DNA of 64,000 bases from an uncultured Actinomycetes bacterium (GTDB taxonomy: Bacteria; Actinomycetota; Actinomycetes; S36-B12; CAIYMF01): assembly GCA_963812395.1 (NCBI GenBank), contig CAWEVG010000040.1, forward strand, positions 3,142-67,141. The letters run 5' to 3'. A program made the position numbers and the translations under genes. Positions 56,971-64,000 of this stretch are shown one piece after another. Every line of letters begins with the position of its first letter. The first letter of the stretch is position 1. A model generated the notes under the pieces. The model had not been told where the DNA came from, made no database searches, and saw only the letters and a list, made by a program, of their open reading frames with translations.

Positions 56971-58357
56971 TAGCTGAGCGATCAGGACGTCGGCCAGCGA
57001 CTTCTCGATGAAGTCCAGCGTGTCCTGCGTCGACTTGCCCGTGATCCAGTCGGTCATGCCGATCCAGAACGACCCGGCGCCCACGGCGGCCGGCATCGGT
57101 CGGAGCCGTCGAACCGGAACTGGCTGTTCGGATCGCTGCAGGCGTGTCCACGACGACCGCTCGATCAGGCCGGTGTACAGCGCCGGATCGACATTGAGGT
57201 TCGCGCTGGCGAGGCCGGTGCTGTTCTTGGCCAGGCTGTTCGCGTAGTCAGCCGTCGACATCCACTCCTGGGCGGCGAACGACCTCGGGACGATCGGCGA
57301 AGGCGGTGATGAACTCGCCACCACCGAGGACCGGCTTGGTGGCCGGGTCCACCGCCGGGCAGGTAGAACGCGAAGACGTCGCCGTCCTCGGCGACCGTCG
57401 TGCCCTCGGGCAACTGCGGCGCGTAGAACTGTCGCCTGGCGGTGCATCGCGCACGTGCCGTCGAGGATGGTCAGGCCGCCGTCCTGGAACGTGGTGGACG
57501 CGATCGACTTCACGTCGCCGTAGCCACCGTTGACGTAGTCCGGGTTCTTCAGGAACCAGCCGACCTCGTCGAGGGCCGCGACGACCTTGCGGGTCGTTGA
57601 ACGGGATCTCGTGGGTGACCCACTGGTCGTAGACCTCAGGACCGTTCACGCGCAGCATGACGTCCTCGACCCAGTCGGTGCCCGGCCACCCGGTCGCATC
57701 GCCGGAGCCGATGCCTGCGCACCACGGCTTGTCGACGACACCGGAGTGCGGCGATCGTGTCGGACAGGGTCTTCAGCTCGGCCCACGTCGTCGGGATCGC
57801 CCAGCCGTTGTCGGCGAACATCTTCGGCGAGTACCAGACCAGCGACTTCATGTTGGAGCTGTTCGGCGGGGCGTAGAAGACGCCGTCCACCGAGCCGTAG
57901 GCCTTCCAGTCCGGGGTCCAGTTCTCGTCGACGTTCTTCTCCACCTGCGCCGACGGCTTCTTCACCGAACCGGTCGCGACCTGGTTGGCCAGCAGGCCGG
58001 GCTGCGGGATGAGTGCGATGTCCGGCGGGTTGCCGGCCTTCTCGCGCACCTTGAGCTGGGCCTCGAACTCGGAGGAGCCCTCGAACATGAGGTTCGCGCC
58101 GGTGCACTCCTCGAACGGGACGAAGGCGGCCTCGTACATCTCCAGCTCGGGGCTGAGGATGGAGGCGTAGATGTTGACCTCCTTGCCGGAGAGGTCGCCG
58201 TACTGGGTGTAGTTCGCGCACTCGTCGGCCGCGGCCGACGAGGAACCACCATCGGTGGCGGCGGTGTCCGAGCTGGATGAGCACCCGGTGAGGGCCAGGG
58301 CGATGCTGGACGCACCAGCGGCCGCCAGCAGCCAACGGGAGCGGGGAGATCTGGTCA
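56970..58357 (-). pseudogene. Extracellular solute-binding lipoprotein of a CUT1-type sugar ABC importer; about eight or nine frame breaks as sequenced; 3' end uncertain
   Basis: AAGGAGA lies 8 nt upstream of ATG 58357. The signal peptide and lipobox are MTRSPRSRWLLAAAGASSIALALTGC. Fragments in alternating frames include HSGVVDKPWCAGIGSGDATGWPGTDWVEDVMLRVNG, KVVAALDEVGWFLKNPDYVNGGYGDVKS..., FYAPQLPEGTTVAEDGDVFAFYLP, AVDPATKPVLGGGEFITAFADRPEV, AAQEWMSTADYAN..., DPNSQFRFDGSD and MPAAVGAGSFWIGMTDWITGKSTQDTLDFIEKS. The end is either TAG 56972-56970 (reached after one more switch) or 56842 (in frame as sequenced). Confidence 0.78.
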
Positions 58358-58506
58358 TAGAGATGTGTCTCCTTGTTGTGCGGGATCGGGGCGGGATACC
58401 GCCCTCATGTGCAGCATTGCGCGTGGAGGGGTGCGCATCAACGACGAACGGGGTGCAACAGCCGTGCAAGTGATAACGATTCGGTAACGGCATCCTTACG
58501 CAACCG

Positions 58507-58520
58507 TCACATTGATGTGA
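58507..58520. promoter_or_regulatory. Candidate operator palindrome TCACAT-TG-ATGTGA between lacI and the ABC operon
   Basis: 6-2-6 inverted repeat in the least GC-rich stretch of the window, about 150 nt upstream of the binding-protein start. It is preceded by TAACG, TAACG and TTACG at 58474, 58485 and 58496, an 11-nt phasing. No experimental or database support. Confidence 0.3.
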
Positions 58521-58547
58521 GCGGTGGGCGGCCCCCGTCTCGGACCG

Positions 58548-59570
58548 TCACCTCTCCCCGGACCGGCGCGGCTCCGCCGCCGGAGGCGCCGTCGAGTCGC
58601 GGACCACCAGCAGGGTGGGGACCACGACGCGCTGCGCGGGGTGTGTCTCCGCGTGGTTGCTGATCAACCCGGCGAGCTGCAGCGCCGCCAGCTCACCCAG
58701 TGTCCGCACGGGCTGGGCCACCGTCGTGAGGCCCATCGACTCCGAGATGTCGTGGTCGTCGATGCCGACCAGGGAGAGGTCCTCGGGGATCCGCAGTCCC
58801 AGGGTGCGGGCGGCGGCCATGACGCCGAAGGCCATCTCGTCGCTCTCGGCGAACACCGCGGTCGGACGGTCGGGGCGCTCCAGCAGCGTCAGCGCCACCC
58901 TGTGCGCCCCGCGCACGGAGAAGTCGGCGCTCACCTCGAGGTTCGGGTCCCACGCGACGCGGGCCTCCTTGAGTGCCAGGAGGAACCCCCGCTTGCGCTC
59001 GGGCGGGGCAGTGAACGGGATGCGCTCGAACGGCCTGCCCGAGACCAGCCCGAGACGTCGGTGCCCGAGGTCGAGCAGATGGTTCGTGGCCGAGCGGGCG
59101 GCGGCCACGTCATCGATCGCGACGCTGTGGACCCCGGGCAGGGACGCTCCCAGGAGGACCAGCGGGATCCGTCGATCGGCCAGGAGCGCGGCCTCGTCGG
59201 GGGCGGGGGGGACGTTGACGAGCAGCACTCCGTCGGCCTCGCGCCGGGGGATGTCGCCCAGCAGGGCCCGGCGCCGGTCGTCGAGGTCGAGCAGTCGGTG
59301 GATCAGCACGACGATCCCCTTGCCGGCGAACGCGCGCTCGACCCCGTCGAGGACCTGGGCGAAGTACCAGCGGTCGATGTAGGGCATGACCACCGCGACC
59401 CGCGCGCGGTCCGAGGCCGCCGGCGCGATCGTGTAGCCGAGCTGTTGGGCCGCCTGCTCGACCTTGACCCGGGTCGCCTCGGAGATGGCCCGATGGCCAT
59501 GCAGTGCCCGGGACACCGTGGCGGTCGAGACGCCCGCCAGCGTCGCCACGTCCCGCACAGTCGCCGCCAC
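58548..59570 (-). CDS. LacI-family transcriptional regulator
   Basis: Intact 340-aa ORF (GTG start) with the HTH VRDVATLAGVSTATVSRALHG and a periplasmic-binding-protein-like sugar-binding core. Confidence 0.9.
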   Translation of the reverse strand: MAATVRDVATLAGVSTATVSRALHGHRAISEATRVKVEQAAQQLGYTIAPAASDRARVAVVMPYIDRWYFAQVLDGVERAFAGKGIVVLIHRLLDLDDRRRALLGDIPRREADGVLLVNVPPAPDEAALLADRRIPLVLLGASLPGVHSVAIDDVAAARSATNHLLDLGHRRLGLVSGRPFERIPFTAPPERKRGFLLALKEARVAWDPNLEVSADFSVRGAHRVALTLLERPDRPTAVFAESDEMAFGVMAAARTLGLRIPEDLSLVGIDDHDISESMGLTTVAQPVRTLGELAALQLAGLISNHAETHPAQRVVVPTLLVVRDSTAPPAAEPRRSGER

Positions 59571-59702
59571 GATTCCACCTCCGCGCGCACGCTACCTCGC
59601 GCCGAGCCCTGATGGCCGTGCCGCGCGCCCGCCCCTGCCCGAGCTCTCGGGCACCGCTCATCAGCAGGCACCGGGGTGCCCCCGGGTAGTACCGTCACGG
59701 GG

Positions 59703-61681
59703 GTGATCGGTCGATTCCCCAGCATTGACATCAGCCCCGTCGTCGAGGGCGGCCGCTACCCCGTCAAGGCAGTCGTCGGGGAGACCTTCCCGGTCTCGGT
59801 GACCGCCTTCCGCGAGGGTCACGACGCGATGAGCGTCGAGGTCCAGTTCGTGCCGCCCGGCTTGGACGATCAGGACTTCGCGATCGGCGAGCCGGACGGG
59901 CCGCTGCTGCGGCTGCACGAGGTCGGCCCGACCCAGCCGGACCGCTGGACCGTCGACGCCCAGCTCGATCGTGAGGGTGACTGGAACTACTACATCATCA
60001 CGGCCGGGGACCCCTACGAGACCTGGAAGCACAAGGCCGAGATCAAGCTGCCCGCCGGGATCGACGTCGAGCTCGAGCTCGAGGAGGGTGCCCGGGTCCT
60101 GGACCGTGCCGCCGAGCAGGCGGGCACCGCGCACGCACGCAAGGTGCTCACCGAGGCCGCCGCCGCGATGCGCGACACCGCGGAGACCGCCGCCCAGCGC
60201 CTCTACGCGGCCGAGGCGCCGGCGGTCCAGGCAGCGCTCAGCGAGTTCCCCCTGCGCGAGCGGCCGCACAGGTCCGGGCCCTGGCCGGTGCGGGTCGAGC
60301 GCCCGCGCGCCCTGTACGGAGCGTGGTACGAGTTCTTCCCCCGCTCCGAGGGCGCGACGCTCAACCCCCCGCGGTCCGGCACGTTCCGCACGGCCGCCAA
60401 GCGCCTGCCCGCCGTGGCCGCCATGGGCTTCGACGTGGTGTACCTGCCCCCGATCCATCCGATCGGCCACACGTTCCGCAAGGGCCCGAACAACACCCTG
60501 ACCCCCGGCCCCGACGATCCGGGCTCCCCGTGGGCGATCGGCTCGGAGGCCGGCGGACACGACACCGTCCATCCGGACCTGGGCACGATGGCCGACTTCG
60601 AGCACTTCATGTCCGTGGCCGCCGAGAACGGCCTGGAGGTCGCCCTGGACTTCGCCCTGCAGGCCTCCCCGGACCACCCCTGGGTCGCCGCGCATCCCGA
60701 GTGGTTCGTCACCCGCGCCGACGGCTCGATCGCCTACGCGGAGAACCCGCCGAAGAAGTACCAGGACATCTACCCGATCGCGTTCGACGCCGACTTCGAC
60801 GGGCTGGTCGATGAGTGCGAGCGGATCCTGCGGCTCTGGATGGGCAAGGGCGTGCGGATCTTCCGCGTGGACAACCCGCACACGAAGACCGTCGAGTTCT
60901 GGGAGGTCCTGTTCGCCCGGATCCACGCCACCGACCCCGACGTGCTGTTCCTGGCCGAGGCGTTCACCCGCCCGGCGATGATGCGCACGCTCGGCACCGT
61001 CGGGTTCCACCAGAGCTACACCTACTTCACCTGGCGCAACACGAAGTGGGAGCTCGAGACGTACTTCACCGAGCTGAGCACCTTCGCCGCGGACTACATG
61101 CGGCCCAACTGCTTCGTGAACACCCCGGACATCAACCCGTTCTTCCTGCAGTCCGGGAACAAGGCCGCCTTCGCCATCCGCGCCACCCTCGCCGCCCTGC
61201 TGGCCCCCACCTACGGCGTCTACGCCGGGTTCGAGGTCTACGAGCACAAGCCGCTGGCTCCGGGCAAGGAGGAGTACCTGGACTCGGAGAAGTTCCAGTA
61301 CCGCCCGCGTGACTGGGCGGCCGCCTCACACACCAGCCTCGTGCCCTACCTGACGCTGCTCAACCGGATCCGCGGGAGCACCCGGCGTTCCACGAGCTGC
61401 GCAACCTGCGGTTCGAGACCATCGACAACTCGCAGATGATCGCGTGGTCGAAGCGGACCGCCGACGAGGTCGTCGTCGTCACCTGCGTGCTGGACCCCAA
61501 CAGCCCGCAGGCGGGCACCCTGCACCTGGACCTCGCCGCGCTGGGCTTCGGCCACGACGAGCGGGTCCTGGCCCGCGACCTCGTCACCGGCCAGACCTGG
61601 GCATGGGGCGCGCACAACTACATCCGGCACGACCCCAACTTCACCTGTGCACATGCCGTTGTTCTCGAGAGGATGCCATGA
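59703..61681 (+). pseudogene. glgE: Alpha-1,4-glucan:maltose-1-phosphate maltosyltransferase GlgE; one frame break as sequenced
   Basis: VIGRFPSIDISPVVEGGRYPVKAVVGE, WYEFFPRSEG, YLPPIHPIG, PGSPWAIGS, RVDNPHTK and FLAEAFTRP are in ORF 59676-61439 up to LNRIR. REHPAFHELRNLRFETIDNSQMIAWSKR... continues in the frame of ORF 61436-61681. The switch is about 61371-61377. Confidence 0.93.
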
Positions 61682-64000
61682 CCCCGTCCAACACCCCCGC
61701 AGATCCCGGCACGCCCGACGCCCGGGCACGCGCCAGCGAAGCCGCCCCGCGGCGCCTGCCGCCCGCGGCCGCCCCCGTCGGGTCCGGCCAAGCTGCCCGG
61801 TCGACACCGGGGACATCGACCGGCTCGTCGACGGCGCGAGCGCCAGCCCGCACTCGATCCTCGGGCGCGCACCCGTACGACGGCGGGGTGACGATCCGCG
61901 TCCTGCGCCCGATGGCCAAGGAGGTCATCGTCGTCACGCCCGCTCGGCCGCCACCCGATGCTGCACGAGCACCGCGGCGTCTGGGTCGTCGTCCTGCCCG
62001 GCGACACCGTCCCCGCCTACACGATCGACGTGGACTACGGCCAGGGCCTGATCCCCGCCGATGACCCCTACCGGTTCCTGCCGACCCTCGGCGAGCTGGA
62101 CCTGCACCTGATCGGCGAGGGCCGCCACGAGGAGCTGTGGAAGACCCTCGGCGCGCACGAGCGGACCTACGACAGCCCGTTCGGGCCGATCACCGGCACC
62201 TCCTTCGCGGTCTGGGCACCCAGCGCCGAGGGCGTGCGGGTCGTCGGGGACTTCAACGGCTGGGACGGCACCGGGCACCCGATGCGCTCGATGGGCAGCA
62301 CCGGCATCTGGGAGCTGTTCATCCCGAACATCGGCGCCGGCACCACCTACAAGTTCTCGATCCTCGGCAAGGACTGGGTGTGGCGCGAGAAGGCCGACCC
62401 GATGGCCTTCCACACCGAGGTCCCGCCGTCGACGGCGTCGGTGGTCTACACCTCGGACTACACGTGGGGCGACGACCAGTGGCTGGCCACGCGCGCCGAG
62501 ACCGACGTGATCAACGCCCCGATGAGCGTCTACGAGGTGCACCTGGGCTCGTGGCGCCTCGGCCTGGACTACCGCCAGATCGCCGAGCAGCTCGTGGCCT
62601 ACGTGACCGAGATGGGCTTCACGCACGTGGAGCTCATGCCGGTCGCCGAGCACCCGTACGCCCCGAGCTGGGGCTACCAGGTGACCTCCTACTTCGCCCC
62701 CACCTCGCGGTTCGGCAAGCCCGACGACTTCCGCTTCGTGGTGGACCGCCTGCACCAGGCCGGCATCGGCGTGATCCTCGACTGGGTGCCGGCGCACTTC
62801 CCCAAGGACGCCTGGGCGCTGGCCCGCTTCGACGGCACGGCGCTCTACGAGCACGCCGACCCGCGCCGCGGCGAGCAGCCCGACTGGGGCACCTACGTGT
62901 TCGACTTCGGCCGCACCGAGGTCCGCAACTTCCTGGTGTCCAACGCCATCTACTGGCTCGAGGAGTTCCACATCGACGGCCTGCGCGTGGACGCCGTGGC
63001 CTCGATGCTCTACCTGGACTACTCGCGCAACGAGGGCGAGTGGCTGCCCAACCAGTACGGCGGCCGCGAGAACCTCGACGCCGTGGCGTTCCTGCAGGAG
63101 ATGAACGCGACCGTCTACAAGCGCGTGCCCGGCGTGGTCACCATCGCCGAGGAGTCCACCTCCTGGCCGGGCGTGACGCGGCCCACGTACCTCGGCGGCC
63201 TCGGGTTCGGGCTGAAGTGGAACATGGGCTGGATGAACGACTCGCTGGGCTACATCTCCCGCGAGCCCGTCCACCGCATGTGGCACCACAACGAGATGAC
63301 CTTCGCGATGGTCTACGCGTGGAGCGAGCACTTCGTCCTGCCCATCTCGCACGACGAGGTCGTGCACGGCAAGGGCTCGCTGGTCGAGAAGATGCCCGGC
63401 GACCGCTGGCAGAAGACCGCCAACCTGCGCGCCTACCTGGGCTACATGTGGGCCCACCCCGGCAAGCAGCTGCTGTTCATGGGCTCGGAGTTCGCCCAGA
63501 CCTCCGAGTGGAGCGAGGAGCGCGGCCTCGAGTGGTGGCTGTGCGAGTACCAGGACCACTACGGCGTGCAGCACTGCGTGCGCGACATGAACGCCGCCTA
63601 CCGGGAGACCCGGGCGCTGTGGGACCAGGACAACACCCCCGAGGGCTTCCAGTGGATCGACGCCAACGACGCCTCGGGCAACGTGTTCTCGTGGCTGCGG
63701 CTCGGCACTGACGGCTCGGTGCTCGCCTCGATCACGAACTTCTCCCCCGTCGTCCGCGGCGACTACCGCGTCGGCCTGCCGAGCACCGGCTACTGGCGCG
63801 AGGTGCTCAACACCGACGCCGAGGCCTACGGCGGCTCCGGCGTCGGCAACTTCGGCGGCGTGCGTGGCCGAGGAGCAGGCCTGGCACGGCCGGCCGGCCT
63901 CGGCGATGGTCGACCCTGCCCCCGCTGGCCACCGTCTGGCTGCGCTACGACGCCGAGGCCGGGACGAGGAGGACGCCGCGAGACGCCCTGACCGGCGCAG
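61678..64000 (+). pseudogene. glgB: 1,4-alpha-glucan branching enzyme GlgB; about five frame breaks as sequenced; 3' end at 63991 or beyond the window
   Basis: ATG 61678 overlaps the glgE TGA (ATGA). N-terminal pieces are DIDRLVDGASASPHSILG | [24 protein letters not shown] | [20 protein letters not shown] long intact core follows in ORF 61958-63991 ([60 protein letters not shown]). The C-terminus is [16 protein letters not shown] | [12 protein letters not shown]. The switches are about 61700-61805, 61860-61868, 61938-61946, 63858-63866 and 63908-63913. Confidence 0.93.

Noticed and set aside
61678-61681. glgE-glgB adjacency without treS/pep2 as an unusual GlgE-pathway layout.
   Set aside because: Direct glgE-glgB pairing with an ATGA overlap is, as far as I recall, also the mycobacterial arrangement, with treS and pep2 elsewhere. 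It is not anomalous.

Overview
High-GC actinobacterial core-chromosome segment, almost entirely coding and mostly on the minus strand. From memory, the gene order reproduces two blocks known in Mycobacterium and Streptomyces. Block one is mltG-ruvX-alaS, rarA, aspS-hisS, relA-secF-secD-yajC-ruvB-ruvA-ruvC, yebC-pdxT-pdxS, then pimA, a PIM acyltransferase and PIP synthase. Block two is gcvP, MerR, a nuclease, an FtsR-like MerR, an FHA protein, gcvH, DUF881-sbp-DUF881, a long ManC-like fusion and a pgsA-like gene. The window ends with an alpha-glucan and sugar module: glgX, a GH1 beta-glucosidase, a CUT1-type ABC importer, LacI, and glgE-glgB. I saw no rRNA, tRNA, CRISPR array, transposase, integrase, prophage or recognisable defence genes. 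I cannot support a claim of a new multi-gene system here. The dominant anomaly is about 45 reading-frame breaks inside otherwise well conserved genes, including essential ones such as alaS, secF, gcvP and ruvX. The breaks are strongly clustered, and where I checked they sit at short G/C runs. I think most are sequence-quality indels. Frame-broken genes are typed pseudogene, meaning as sequenced only. Secondary points are: a WS/DGAT with a lysine/alanine/proline-rich repeat tail; a ManC-like fusion whose phosphohexomutase half looks catalytically degenerate; an EF-G paralogue lacking the catalytic His; a Zn-ribbon FHA protein in the GarA position; and a nested inverted-repeat element with a G-run tract in the DUF349/relA spacer. 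All coordinates and frame-switch positions come from manual reading and are approximate.
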